Positions 11,033 through 20,754 of a stretch of DNA of 64,000 nt are shown piece after piece. The DNA lies in NCBI GenBank assembly GCA_040756875.1, contig JBFLYH010000003.1, forward strand, positions 192,001-256,000, given 5' to 3'. The stretch is from a candidate division FCPU426 bacterium. Its GTDB lineage: Bacteria > Oederibacteriota > JAAXVQ01 > JAUVAV01. Each line of letters begins with the position of its first letter. The first letter of the stretch is position 1. The position numbers were made by a program, and so were the translations under genes. The notes under the pieces were generated by a model. That model worked only from the letters and a program-made list of their open reading frames with translations. It searched no databases and was not told where the DNA came from.

Positions 11033-12550
11033 ATGATGAATCTGATGCGCAAGTACACGAAAATCGTGCTCTGGATCGTGGTGGCGGCCTTCGTGGCCAC
11101 CATCTTCTTCGTCTGGGGCATGGACCTGGGCAAACGCCAGCAGTCCCTGGAACTCGCTTCCGCCGCCATGGTGAACGGCGAGCCGATCAGTTACGAGGAA
11201 TTCGGCCGGTATTGGGAGCAGCAGTACCGGCAGCTCTTCGGGCAGACCGACGAAGAGCCCTCGCCCCAGGAGGTCCGGAGGCTGCGCGAGGACCTGGTGG
11301 ACAACCTGATCGACAGCCTCCTGCTGCGCCAGCTGGCCAAACGCCTCAAGCTCAGCGTGCTGGACGAGGAGGTGGCGTCGCGCATCTACAACCAGCCGGC
11401 GTTCCAGCAGAACGGCAAGTTCTCCCAGGAAAAATACCTGCAGCTCCTCAATTACAGCCGGATCTCGCCCGCGGAATTCGAGCAGGAACAGGCCCAGGGC
11501 ATCCTGATCGCGAAAGTCAACCAGGCCCTGCGCGACATGCTGGTGGTCACGGACGAAGACGTGCGCGCCTATTACCAAAGCCGCATGCGCAAGCTGAAGC
11601 TCCAGGTCGTGGAATTCCCCTGGCAGCGCTATCTTCCCCGCGTCGAGATCCCCGAAACCCAGATCGAGGAGTACTACCAGTACCACCGCGCCGAATTCGA
11701 CCAGCCCGAGGAAGTGGCGGCCTCGCACATCCTGGTGCGCACCAGCGCCAACGCCACGGAAGAGGAAAAACTGACCGCCAAGCTCAAGCTCGAAAACCTG
11801 CGCAATGAGATCGTCAAGGGCAAGGATTTCGCGGAGATGGCCCGCGAGCATTCGGACGACCCGGGCAGCGCGTCCAAAGGCGGGGACCTGGGCTATTTTA
11901 AGCGCGGCGCCATGGTCAAGCCGTTTGAGGAAGCCGCCTTCAAGCTCAAGGCGGGCGAACTTTCGGCCCCGGTGGAAACGCCCTTCGGCTATCACCTCAT
12001 CAAGGTGACCGGCCGCAAGGAAGCCAAACCCTCCACCCTGGCGGGCGTGCGCAGCCAGATCGTGGAGCGCCTGAAGAACGCCGAAGCCAAGCGCCAAGCC
12101 CAGCGCGCCGCCGCCGAGTTCCACCTCCTGCTCAAAGACGTCCGCGACCTGTCCAAAGCCGCCGCCCAGTCCGGGCTGGCCGTCACCAGCACGGACTGGC
12201 TCCGCGCCGGGGATGCGCTGCCGAAAGTGGCGGATTCCAAAACCATCGTGGACCAGGCCTTTGACCTGCCGCTCAACCAACCCGGCCAGCCGATGTTCGC
12301 GGGCGAGAACGTCGTCTTCGTGCAGGGCGTGGCCGAACAGATCCAGCCGTGGGACGAAACCAAATACCTTGCCGAGCGCGACGCCCTGCGCGAAAAGCTG
12401 AAATCCCTGCGGGGCAACCAGGCCATCCACGACTGGCTGGCCAATGCCCGCAAGACCGCCAAAATCACGAATAACATCATCAAGGAAAAGGACGAAGAGC
12501 AGCAACCAGGCGCCGAAGCGGCGCCCGCGGCCGAGCCGGCGAAGCAATAA
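11033..12550 (+). CDS. PpiD/SurA-like parvulin peptidyl-prolyl isomerase, membrane anchored
   Basis: MMNLMRK N-terminus plus TM, SurA N-like region, ASHILV...[16 protein letters not shown]...[12 protein letters not shown]. Confidence 0.9.
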   Translation: MMNLMRKYTKIVLWIVVAAFVATIFFVWGMDLGKRQQSLELASAAMVNGEPISYEEFGRYWEQQYRQLFGQTDEEPSPQEVRRLREDLVDNLIDSLLLRQLAKRLKLSVLDEEVASRIYNQPAFQQNGKFSQEKYLQLLNYSRISPAEFEQEQAQGILIAKVNQALRDMLVVTDEDVRAYYQSRMRKLKLQVVEFPWQRYLPRVEIPETQIEEYYQYHRAEFDQPEEVAASHILVRTSANATEEEKLTAKLKLENLRNEIVKGKDFAEMAREHSDDPGSASKGGDLGYFKRGAMVKPFEEAAFKLKAGELSAPVETPFGYHLIKVTGRKEAKPSTLAGVRSQIVERLKNAEAKRQAQRAAAEFHLLLKDVRDLSKAAAQSGLAVTSTDWLRAGDALPKVADSKTIVDQAFDLPLNQPGQPMFAGENVVFVQGVAEQIQPWDETKYLAERDALREKLKSLRGNQAIHDWLANARKTAKITNNIIKEKDEEQQPGAEAAPAAEPAKQ

Positions 12551-12709
12551 TCCTCCTTCCCCAGGGGCGTGCCCGTCGACGCCCCTGCCTTGACCGGCCC
12601 TCTCCTGCCGGCTTTCACCTGCGTCCATCTTTTCAGGTCATTTTCTTTTCACAGCCGCCGTTTAACTGATATGATTGTATCGATTTTTTACCCGCCGTTG
12701 GAGGCTGCC

Positions 12710-14038
12710 TTGCGTCTTTCATTCTTTGTTCAGGCATTCCTCTCCGCTGCCTGGGCCGCGCTGCTGCTGCCCTGGCCGGCCGGGGCCGGGCAGCAGAATT
12801 TTCCGGCCGCAGCCAGTGCCAACGCCTTCCTGGAAGTGGGCATCGGCTCGCGGGCCGTGGGCATGGGCGAGGCCTTCACCGCGGTCGCGGACGACGTCAG
12901 CAGCCTGTACTGGAACCCGGCGGGCCTGGGCGGGCTGAAGTCCGCGCAGGTGCTGCTCATGCACAACCAGTGGCTGCAGAACGTGCTCTTCGAACACGGC
13001 GCGGTTTCCGCGCCCCTGCCGGCCGGCAGCCTGGCCGCCTCCGTTACCTTCGTGAATTACGGCACCATGGACAAAATCGACGACGCCGGCCGGGTCACGG
13101 GCAGCTTCAGCGCGTATGATCTGAGCCTCGCGCTCGGCTACGGGCTGGATCTGTCCCCTGCCCTCAGCGCCGGCCTGGCGGTTAAACTGCCTTGGTCGCA
13201 GGTGGACCAGCAGAACACTTTTTCCTTGGCCGCGGACGCGGGGCTGCTTTACCGCTGGCCGGGCTGGGAGCCGCTGCGCATCGGATTGGCCTTGCGGAAC
13301 CTCGGCACCCGCGTGCAGGATTACAGCCAGCCGCTGCAGTCCCGGCTGGGCGTGGCGCTGGTCAACTGGCCGCAAAACCTGGTCTTCAGCCTGGACGCGG
13401 ACTGGCGCCCGCTGGAAAACAGCTGGCGGGGCGAGCTCGGCGCGGAATACCGCTGCTTCGGCCTGCTGGCCGCCCGGGCGGGCTACCAGCACCCGTTCGC
13501 CGAAACCGGGCTGGGCTCCGGGTTGTCCGGTTTGACGCTGGGCGCGGGGTTCAGCCAGCGCTTTGCGGAGACGGTCTTCAACCTGGATTATGTGTTCGTG
13601 CCTTACGGCGATCTGGGTTCGACCCACCGCCTGGCCTTGACCGTGGAACTGGGCGCGCCCCCTGCCAGCCGGCCGCAAACTGCCCCGGCCCGGACCGCGG
13701 AAAAAGCTCCGGCCCAGCCGGCGGCTCCGGAGCCGTCAGCCGAACCCGAGGCCGCGCCGCCGTTGCTGCCGCCGGTCAAACTCACGGTGTCGCCCCAGGG
13801 CCGGCGCGTCATGCTGTCGTGGGCGCCGGCTGCATCCAGCCGGCCTTCCGGATATCAGGTGTACATGAAAGCCGCCAAAGGCCGCTGGACCAAAGTGAAC
13901 TCCAGGCCCGTCACCCAGACGAAGTACACCCTCTCCCAACTGGCCCGGAAAAAAACTTATGAATTCAAGGTGACGGCCGTGGACGCGTCCGGCCAAGAGA
14001 GCGAAAGCAGCCAGGCCGCCAGGTGCTTTGTCAAGTAA
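12710..14038 (+). CDS. PorV/PorQ-family outer-membrane beta-barrel with C-terminal Pro/Ala linker and FN3 domain
   Basis: FLEVGIGSRAVGMGEAFTAVADD.SSLYWNPAGL; YGDLGSTHRLAL; FN3 motif LSW...GYQVY...YEFKVTAVD.SGQES. TTG 12710 has a GGAGG RBS. Confidence 0.85.
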   Translation: MRLSFFVQAFLSAAWAALLLPWPAGAGQQNFPAAASANAFLEVGIGSRAVGMGEAFTAVADDVSSLYWNPAGLGGLKSAQVLLMHNQWLQNVLFEHGAVSAPLPAGSLAASVTFVNYGTMDKIDDAGRVTGSFSAYDLSLALGYGLDLSPALSAGLAVKLPWSQVDQQNTFSLAADAGLLYRWPGWEPLRIGLALRNLGTRVQDYSQPLQSRLGVALVNWPQNLVFSLDADWRPLENSWRGELGAEYRCFGLLAARAGYQHPFAETGLGSGLSGLTLGAGFSQRFAETVFNLDYVFVPYGDLGSTHRLALTVELGAPPASRPQTAPARTAEKAPAQPAAPEPSAEPEAAPPLLPPVKLTVSPQGRRVMLSWAPAASSRPSGYQVYMKAAKGRWTKVNSRPVTQTKYTLSQLARKKTYEFKVTAVDASGQESESSQAARCFVK

Positions 14039-14078
14039 TGCCTGCCGGTCCGAATCGCGCTGTCTTGCAGAGGGGCCT

Positions 14079-16142
14079 ATGCCTGATGTGAAGCGGATAG
14101 CCGCCATCGCAGTTTCCTTTTCCTGCCTGTTTTCCGCCTGGACTCCGGCCGCCTTCTCTGTTCCGGCCGTTTCGCAGGTTTCCGGAACCATCGGGCACGG
14201 CCAGACAATCACCGTTTCCGGTTCCGGATTCGGAACCAAAACCCCGGCCGCGCCCCTGTGGTGGGACGACGCCGAAGGTGCGGCTGACGGGGCAATTGCC
14301 AGCCGGACGGCCGAGATCCCGCACGTGGTTTCTTTTCTTTCCGGAAGCGCCAAACACTACAATGATTTCTGGCCGATCGACCTGACCGGGACCGACGCGG
14401 CTGACAACATGACCTACCGCAGCGAAGGGTACAAAGGCACGGCCGGCCCCCATGCGCACGGGTCCAAATACCTGGTGGGGTGCCACAATGCCGCCGGCGA
14501 ATGCCTGGGAGGCGAGGCCGCCCAGACCGTGGCGCTCAATGTCGCGGACATCTCCAACAAAGTCCCGAAAGACACATGGTATGTTTCCTATTATTACCGC
14601 ATGGCCTCGGACTGGCCGGATTACGCAGTGGGCAACAATTACAAGGAAGTGAACTGGGAAACCATCGGCCCCAACTACCACATCTATGACGACATGGGCA
14701 ATTACGACGCTGTGGGTGCCTGCAGCGGCGGCACCGGCGGGCTGCGGCGCTCCCCGCCATGCAAAGAAGCGTGGATCGCGGTCGACAACATCAATATTCT
14801 GGCGACCCTGGAGGGCGGCACCTACGCAGGCGCGAGCGGCGCGTCCCTTCTGACCGACGCGTCCAAAAATTGGCCGGCCAATTACTGGGTCAACGCGTAT
14901 TTGTGGAACCGCACCGACGGCTCGCGGGGCCTGGTGACGGCCAACGACGCCCAGACCGCGACCTGCGCGTTGTCCGGCGGGACCAACAACGTTTGGAACG
15001 CCGGCGATTCCTACGCCTTCAGCCCCTCCGGCGCCTCGCTGCCCGGCCCCTTGGGCGCGTCCTGGAACAACTGCGTGGACCTGCAAAACCAGGGCGGCCC
15101 GGTCGTGACCTATGACACCGGCGTCAAAAACCCGGTCTTCCAGTGGGTCCATTACGAACGCCTGCAGTCGTATCCCGCCAGTTTCTATAAAAAACTTTCC
15201 GACAACGTGGTGGAGCTGGACACCACCTTGCGCACGGGCTGCCATTTGGACCTGTACCACGGCCACGCCGCGGCCGTGACCATCGGCGGCTATTACGGCA
15301 AGGACACGTGCGCCAGCTGCAACGGCACCATCGTGCGCGGCATCACCACCGCCAATTTCAATACCGTATGCGTCCCCCTGTTCGACGCCTGGCAGGCTTC
15401 CTACGACTACGCCGTGGGCGACAAAGTCCGCGCCACCACGCCCAACGGCTATGTGTACCGGGTCAGCGCCGACAGCGGCGTCTCCGGAGGCACGGAACCG
15501 GCCTGGCCGGCCACAGGCACAGTCGTGGACGGGCAGCTGACCTGGACCACCGAAGGCGTGGCCAGCTATCTGCAAACCGGCCTGGACGACCGCGCTTGCC
15601 GCTACTTCGACGACCTGTACGTGGACAACACCTTCTCCCGCGTCGTGCTGGCCGACAACCCGGATTACGACCTGGCCACGGTCATCGAACCCCAGATCCC
15701 CTCGGCCTGGTCCGACGGCTCGGTCACGATCAGGGTCAACGCCGGAAAGCTCGCGGACAACCAGCAGGCGTATGTGTTCGTTTTCGACGCCGCGAACCAG
15801 CACAACGCCGCCGGCTTCCCGGTGCTGCTGGGCGCCTCGCTCGCGCCGGCGGACACGCCCACCCCGGCTGTCCCGGCCGCAGGCACCGCCCGCCTGCTGC
15901 GCGTGGCCCCGCAGCCGGCCCGGGAAACCGCGGTCTTTCATTTCGCGGCCGCGGGCCAGGCCCGGGTCGAAATCAGCATCTTCAACTCCGCCGGCAGGCT
16001 GGTCAGCAAAGTCACCGGGACCGTCGGGGAGGGCGCAACGGACTTGGCCTGGGACGCGCGCTCCGTTCCGCCGGGAATCTATCTGTACCGCCTGGTTATC
16101 CAGAACCAGCCGGCTGGCACCGGAAAAATCGCGGTGCAATGA
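14079..16142 (+). CDS. Secreted Cys-rich protein with T9SS-type/FlgD-Ig C-terminal domain
   Basis: Signal peptide; ITVSGSGFG Ig/IPT-like start; WQASYDYAVGDKV carbohydrate-binding-like module; CTD VAPQPA...IFNSAGRLV...WD...PGIYLY...KIAVQ. Confidence 0.75.
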   Translation: MPDVKRIAAIAVSFSCLFSAWTPAAFSVPAVSQVSGTIGHGQTITVSGSGFGTKTPAAPLWWDDAEGAADGAIASRTAEIPHVVSFLSGSAKHYNDFWPIDLTGTDAADNMTYRSEGYKGTAGPHAHGSKYLVGCHNAAGECLGGEAAQTVALNVADISNKVPKDTWYVSYYYRMASDWPDYAVGNNYKEVNWETIGPNYHIYDDMGNYDAVGACSGGTGGLRRSPPCKEAWIAVDNINILATLEGGTYAGASGASLLTDASKNWPANYWVNAYLWNRTDGSRGLVTANDAQTATCALSGGTNNVWNAGDSYAFSPSGASLPGPLGASWNNCVDLQNQGGPVVTYDTGVKNPVFQWVHYERLQSYPASFYKKLSDNVVELDTTLRTGCHLDLYHGHAAAVTIGGYYGKDTCASCNGTIVRGITTANFNTVCVPLFDAWQASYDYAVGDKVRATTPNGYVYRVSADSGVSGGTEPAWPATGTVVDGQLTWTTEGVASYLQTGLDDRACRYFDDLYVDNTFSRVVLADNPDYDLATVIEPQIPSAWSDGSVTIRVNAGKLADNQQAYVFVFDAANQHNAAGFPVLLGASLAPADTPTPAVPAAGTARLLRVAPQPARETAVFHFAAAGQARVEISIFNSAGRLVSKVTGTVGEGATDLAWDARSVPPGIYLYRLVIQNQPAGTGKIAVQ

Positions 16143-17242
16143 CCCGCCCTCAGGGAGCACGGACCATGCGAACGTTTCATGCGATGCCCTGCGCTTTTGC
16201 CCTTGTCCGCGGGCTCGTGGTTGTCTGCGGCGCCTGGCTGCTCTCGATCCATCCGGCCCCTGCGGGCGCGGCCGTGCCGGTTGCGCATCCCGACACCGCG
16301 GCCGCGGTTGCGGACATCCGCTTCGACGCCGCGGAGTATTCCTTCGGCGAAGCCTGGGCCGGCGACAAGGTTGACGCGGTCTTCCACTTTTCCAACCAGG
16401 GCGCGGGGGCCCTGGAAATATTTTACGTCAAGCCCGGCTGCGGCTGCACCCAGGCCGGAGAATGGGACCGCCGCGTCGGGCCGGGAAAGCGGGGCCGCAT
16501 CCCCCTGCGCCTCAACACCGCCGGCCTGTCCGGGTTCATCAAACGCAAAGTGACGGTAACCAGCAACAGCCCCAAAAACCCGAACGTAACGCTGACCATT
16601 CAAGGCCAGGTGAATCCGCTGGCAGACCTTGATCCGCCGGAGCTGGTTTTCGGCCGGCTTGATCCCGGGCAATTGCCGGCTGCCCAAAAAGCCACGGCCA
16701 CCTTCCACTTGCCCGCACCGGTCCGGACCGCCCGCACGGCGTGCACCCTGTCCGGCTTTGCTGCGCGCACGAGGGAAATCAAGCGCGGCCAGGCTTTTGA
16801 AATCGAGGTCACTACGCCCGCGGCCCTGGCCCCTGGCGCCTACGCCGGCGTCGTGCGGCTGGAACTGGCAGAGCCGTCCGGACGTTCGCTCACTGTCCCG
16901 GTCAGCGCCTGGGTGCCGTCGGCCGTGGAAGTCCAGCCCGACCGCTTGCAGGTGCCCGCCGGCCCCCTGCCCGCAGACCTGGAGCGGACGCTGACCGTGC
17001 GCGGGGCCGGCAGCCAGGCATTGACGATCACTGACCTGGCCACCAATCTGCCCGAAACCCAAATCAATTGCGCGGACGGCCCGTCCCCGCAGTCGCAGAA
17101 AATCATGGTGCGCTTCAAGCGCGGGTGCCGCCTGTCTCCGCGCCAATCCTGGTGGATCGATGTCACCTTCGGCGACTCCCGCCTCGGCCGGCTGCGCATC
17201 CCCGTGTCCGCGCAAGCCGCCGGCGCGCCTGCCGAACCATGA
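16139..17242 (+). CDS. DUF1573-domain Ig-like protein
   Basis: FHFSNQGAGALEI..VKPGCGCT...VTVTSN.P; ATGA overlap with the upstream stop (alternative start 16166). Confidence 0.8.
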   Translation: MTRPQGARTMRTFHAMPCAFALVRGLVVVCGAWLLSIHPAPAGAAVPVAHPDTAAAVADIRFDAAEYSFGEAWAGDKVDAVFHFSNQGAGALEIFYVKPGCGCTQAGEWDRRVGPGKRGRIPLRLNTAGLSGFIKRKVTVTSNSPKNPNVTLTIQGQVNPLADLDPPELVFGRLDPGQLPAAQKATATFHLPAPVRTARTACTLSGFAARTREIKRGQAFEIEVTTPAALAPGAYAGVVRLELAEPSGRSLTVPVSAWVPSAVEVQPDRLQVPAGPLPADLERTLTVRGAGSQALTITDLATNLPETQINCADGPSPQSQKIMVRFKRGCRLSPRQSWWIDVTFGDSRLGRLRIPVSAQAAGAPAEP

Positions 17243-17718
17243 CCCGGCCGCGGCTGTTCTCCGCTTCCTCCCTGCTCGGGCAGACCCTGCTGCTGGCAGC
17301 CGTAGCCAGCGGCGCGGCCCTGCTGGCCAACCAGCTCCGGCCCCACGGACTGGCCTGGCGCGGGCCTGAATTCCGCGCAATCGCCCTCGCTGAAATGACG
17401 ACCCTGGTCCTGTCCGGCCAGGCCCAGCTGGTGGACGCCCGGCCGACAGCCGAGTTCGCCGCCGGGCACGTCGCCGGCGCCCTCAATCTTCCCGAGGAAG
17501 AAAAAACCCTGGCCCTGCAGCGGGTTTTCCGGCAGCTGCCTGAAGACCAGCTTCTGATCGTTTATTGCCGGGGTCCGGAATGCCAGGCCAGCCTGCGACT
17601 GGCCAGGTTCCTGGCGCAAAACGGCGTGCCGGCTTCGCGCCTCGCCGTATTTCAGCCGGGGTGGGAAGCTCTGCAAGCGCAGACCGCCCTGCCCCTGGCA
17701 ACCGGAGCGGCGCCATGA
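17239..17718 (+). CDS. Membrane-anchored rhodanese-like protein
   Basis: LVDARPTAEFAAGHVAGALNLP, LIVYCRGPECQAS; translationally coupled. Confidence 0.85.
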   Translation: MTRPRLFSASSLLGQTLLLAAVASGAALLANQLRPHGLAWRGPEFRAIALAEMTTLVLSGQAQLVDARPTAEFAAGHVAGALNLPEEEKTLALQRVFRQLPEDQLLIVYCRGPECQASLRLARFLAQNGVPASRLAVFQPGWEALQAQTALPLATGAAP

Positions 17719-18137
17719 ACCCAGGAGCCAGGCGTGCGGTTGCCGCGGCCAGCGCGTGGTTGTTGGCGGGAATTTTTCTGTTTGCGGGGCTGGAGAAGTG
17801 GCTGCAACCCGGCGCTTTCGCCGATGCCATCGCGGACTACCGGCTGCTGCCCGGGGCGTGGGTCAACCTGGCGGCCGTGCTCATCCCGGCCTGGGAAATC
17901 GCGGCTGCGCTGGCCCTGCTGGTTCCCGGCTGGAGGCGGTCCGGCGCGTTGATCATCCTGGGATTGTGCGCGGTTTTTTTCGCGGCCGTGGTCTCGGCGC
18001 TGGCCCGCGGGCTGGACATTGATTGCGGCTGTTTCGGCCCGCTCGCCAGGCGGGCGGACTGGATGACGCTATTGCTGGATCTGGCGCTGGGAGCGTGCGC
18101 GCTGTATCTGGCGAAGCCCTCCCGGGGCGGGACGTGA
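17715..18137 (+). CDS. MauE/DoxX-family membrane protein
   Basis: FLFAGLEK...FADAIADYRLLP...ARGLDIDCGCFG. Confidence 0.87.
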   Translation: MNPGARRAVAAASAWLLAGIFLFAGLEKWLQPGAFADAIADYRLLPGAWVNLAAVLIPAWEIAAALALLVPGWRRSGALIILGLCAVFFAAVVSALARGLDIDCGCFGPLARRADWMTLLLDLALGACALYLAKPSRGGT

Positions 18138-18149
18138 CGGTGCAAACGG

Positions 18150-18524
18150 TCAGGCCGGCGCCGGGGCCCCGGTCTTGGGGTTGACCGCCAGGGGCACGAT
18201 CAGGGTCCACAGCACCAGCAGCACCGATCCGATCCACGGCTGGTACAGCCCCCAGTACTGAAACGGCCCGCCCAGGGTGTACAGCCACACCACCACCGCG
18301 ATCGTGGTCATGACCACCTGGCCGGTCCGGCGCACCTGCTGGAGCCGCGTCAGGTACAGCGGCGTCAGCGCCACCAAAAGCACTCCGGCGATCAGGGTCG
18401 CCCACTTGGCGTAGGCCGGCGGCACCACGCCCTGCAGGGCCATGTACGCGCCGACGATCTCCGTGGGAATCAGTTTGAGCATGCGGTCCTGGTAGGATTG
18501 TACGGTCTGGATTTCGCGCGCCAT
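18150..18524 (-). CDS. Hypothetical membrane protein (about 4 TM)
   Basis: AGGAGG RBS; 124 aa with hydrophobic helices; YQDRMLKLIPTEIVGAY. Confidence 0.75.
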   Translation of the reverse strand: MAREIQTVQSYQDRMLKLIPTEIVGAYMALQGVVPPAYAKWATLIAGVLLVALTPLYLTRLQQVRRTGQVVMTTIAVVVWLYTLGGPFQYWGLYQPWIGSVLLVLWTLIVPLAVNPKTGAPAPA

Positions 18525-18569
18525 GTTCCCCTCCTGGAATGGATTTCCCTCTGCCGGGCCGGCAGGATG

Positions 18570-19373
18570 TTATTTCAGCTTCTCGTCCCCGGTTTCCTGC
18601 CGCATGGTCAGGCCGATCGACCCTTCGGCTTTCTCGCCCAGCCTGAAAAAAATGCGCGGCGGCAGCTTGACAGGCCGCTCGAAATACAGCACGCCGGTGA
18701 CCGTTTCCCCGGGGCCCAGCGAACGCGGCCAGAGATAGTTTTCGGCGACCCGGTTGATTTCCTCGATCATCTGCGCGGCCCGGCGGTAGTCCTCGGGGCC
18801 GGCCGGTTTCCTGCCGGCCACCCAGTCACCCACCTGGCGCCACCAGGGCACGGGCCAGCCCCGCTCCTTGAGCAGGGTCAGCCGGCCGTAAACTTCCACG
18901 AGCTTCTGCTTGCCGTAATCGGAGCGGATCGAACTGAGCAGGTCGTCGATTTCCGAGACATGCTGGGGCAGAAGGCGCCGCAAAGCCTTGAGGTTTTCCG
19001 CGACCAGCTCGTCGGCCAGGACCGGCCTGAGCCGGCGGGTGTCCGCGTCGGTCAGGTCCGCGAATTCCGGCGAAATGCCGAAGACTTTTTTCCAGCGGGA
19101 ATAGCCGGTCAGGGCCCCGTCCCAGTCGCGCGTCATGCCGTCGAAGGTCATGTACAGGAGATCCGTGGACTTTTCATGGCCCAGCTTCAGGGGCTGGGTG
19201 AGCGAATGGTTTTCCACCCGCAGCATCACCATCACCGGGTCCGTGGCGTCGTCGAGTTCCGCATACACGTCCGCGAAACCGATCGGGAGCTCGGCCTTCC
19301 ACACCGCGGCCTGGCCGGAGACCGCGGGTGCCAGGCCCGCCAGGAGCAGGAGTCCCCAACCCGCCCGTTTCAC
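18570..19373 (-). CDS. Hypothetical exported protein
   Basis: GTG 19373 overlaps the maf stop (GTGA); signal-peptide-like start; coding-like composition. Confidence 0.7.
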   Translation of the reverse strand: MKRAGWGLLLLAGLAPAVSGQAAVWKAELPIGFADVYAELDDATDPVMVMLRVENHSLTQPLKLGHEKSTDLLYMTFDGMTRDWDGALTGYSRWKKVFGISPEFADLTDADTRRLRPVLADELVAENLKALRRLLPQHVSEIDDLLSSIRSDYGKQKLVEVYGRLTLLKERGWPVPWWRQVGDWVAGRKPAGPEDYRRAAQMIEEINRVAENYLWPRSLGPGETVTGVLYFERPVKLPPRIFFRLGEKAEGSIGLTMRQETGDEKLK

Positions 19374-19957
19374 GCGCGCACCCCCAGCCGTGCCAAGGCC
19401 GCGCACACGGCGGCCAGCGGAAGTCCCACCACGTTGGCGGCGCAGCCTTCGATCCGGTGAATAAAGGCGCCGGCCCGACCCTGGATGCCGTAGGCGCCGG
19501 CCTTGTCACGCCACTCGCCCGCTTGCAGGTAACGCGCCTCCTCGGACCGGCTGATGGGCCGCATCCAGACGCGGGTTACCTCGCGCCAGGAATAGCCGCG
19601 CCCCGTGGCCGAATGCAGCAGCGCCACGCCGGTCACGACCCGGTGCCTGCGGCCCGCCAGGCGCCGCAGCATGCGGCGGGCCTGGGCCCGGTCAACAGGC
19701 TTGCCGAACGCTTCCCGGCCCGCGATCACCACCGTGTCCGCGGCCAGCACCCACGCCGGCCGGCTGAGCCGCGCGGCCACGTCCCGGGCTTTGTGGCGCG
19801 CCGCCGCCTCGGCAAAGCGCCCCGGGTCGCCCTGGGGCCGCCCTTCCTCCCAGCGGGAGGGCACCACCCGGAAGCGCAGGCCCGCCTGCCGCAGGAGCTG
19901 CCGCCGCCGCGGCGACGCCGAGGCCAGGACCAGGGGCGCGGTGTTCTTTTTACTCAT
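19370..19957 (-). CDS. maf: Maf nucleotide pyrophosphatase
   Basis: LVLASASPRRRQLL, AADTVV, GKP, DKAGAYGIQG, NVVGLP; start at ATG 19957. Confidence 0.93.
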   Translation of the reverse strand: MSKKNTAPLVLASASPRRRQLLRQAGLRFRVVPSRWEEGRPQGDPGRFAEAAARHKARDVAARLSRPAWVLAADTVVIAGREAFGKPVDRAQARRMLRRLAGRRHRVVTGVALLHSATGRGYSWREVTRVWMRPISRSEEARYLQAGEWRDKAGAYGIQGRAGAFIHRIEGCAANVVGLPLAAVCAALARLGVRA

Positions 19958-20077
19958 ATTAAAACCCTCGCAATATAATGATGACCACGAAGGACACGAA
20001 GCACAAACCAAGAAACCAAAATAGAATCGGGGTTTAGACCCCGGAATCAACATTCCTCCCGAAAAGCAGACAGGGGA

Positions 20078-20172
20078 GTGACCCCCCGGACTAAAGTCCG
20101 GGGCTCCCTCCCTACGCAAACAAATCCCGCAACCCTCTCCCCGGGTTAAAGCCCGGGGATTCTTGCGGAGGG
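20078..20172 (-). mobile_element. Non-autonomous IS200/IS605-like mini-element with two subterminal hairpins
   Basis: Hairpins CCCCGGACTAAAGTCCGGGG (20084-20103) and CCCCGGGTTAAAGCCCGGGG (20139-20158); minus strand reads TTAAT|..CAAGAATCCCCGGG...GGAGCCCCGG...GGGGTCAC. Confidence 0.55.
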
Positions 20173-20265
20173 ATTAAAATGGAAATGGAGTTAAAACCCT
20201 CTCCAACTTCGTGTTCGTTTTTTTTGTGCTCTTCGTGGATAGCTTTTATCAGGTATATGGTTTCC

Positions 20266-20754
20266 TCACCGCAGCACGCGGTGCACGCCGCGAAACCGGC
20301 TGCGCCAATACGGTTCGTTGGCATCGGAGATCTTCACTTCCCCGCCGCTGCTGGGCGCGTGCACGAACCGCCCTTTTCCCAGGTAAATGCCCACGTGGGA
20401 AATGCCGCGGCCGTTGATGTCGAAAAACAGCAGGTCCGCCGGCTCTTCCCCGCCCAGCGGCACGTGCCGGGTGGCGGCGAACTGGCGCCTGCTGGTGCGG
20501 GGCAGCGCCACGCCGGCCGCCTGGCGGAATACGTACTGCACCAAACCCGAGCAGTCGAAGCCCGCCGGAGTCGTGCCTCCATATCGGTACGGTTTGCCCT
20601 GCAGGGAGGTTGCCAGCTGCACCACGCGCTCCACGGCCGCGGGATTCGCCGGCAGCGGCCGCACCGCGGCGCAACCGCCGGCCGCCACCGCGCAGCCCGC
20701 CACCCAGGCGGTCAGGACCGCCCGGCGCCGGAGGAGGCTAAACGTTGTCCTCAT
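20266..20754 (-). CDS. NlpC/P60 (C40) peptidase, probable lipoprotein
   Basis: GKPYRYGG..P.GFDCSGLVQYVF, LPRTS, SHVGIYLG.GRFVHAPSSG. Confidence 0.92.
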   Translation of the reverse strand: MRTTFSLLRRRAVLTAWVAGCAVAAGGCAAVRPLPANPAAVERVVQLATSLQGKPYRYGGTTPAGFDCSGLVQYVFRQAAGVALPRTSRRQFAATRHVPLGGEEPADLLFFDINGRGISHVGIYLGKGRFVHAPSSGGEVKISDANEPYWRSRFRGVHRVLR

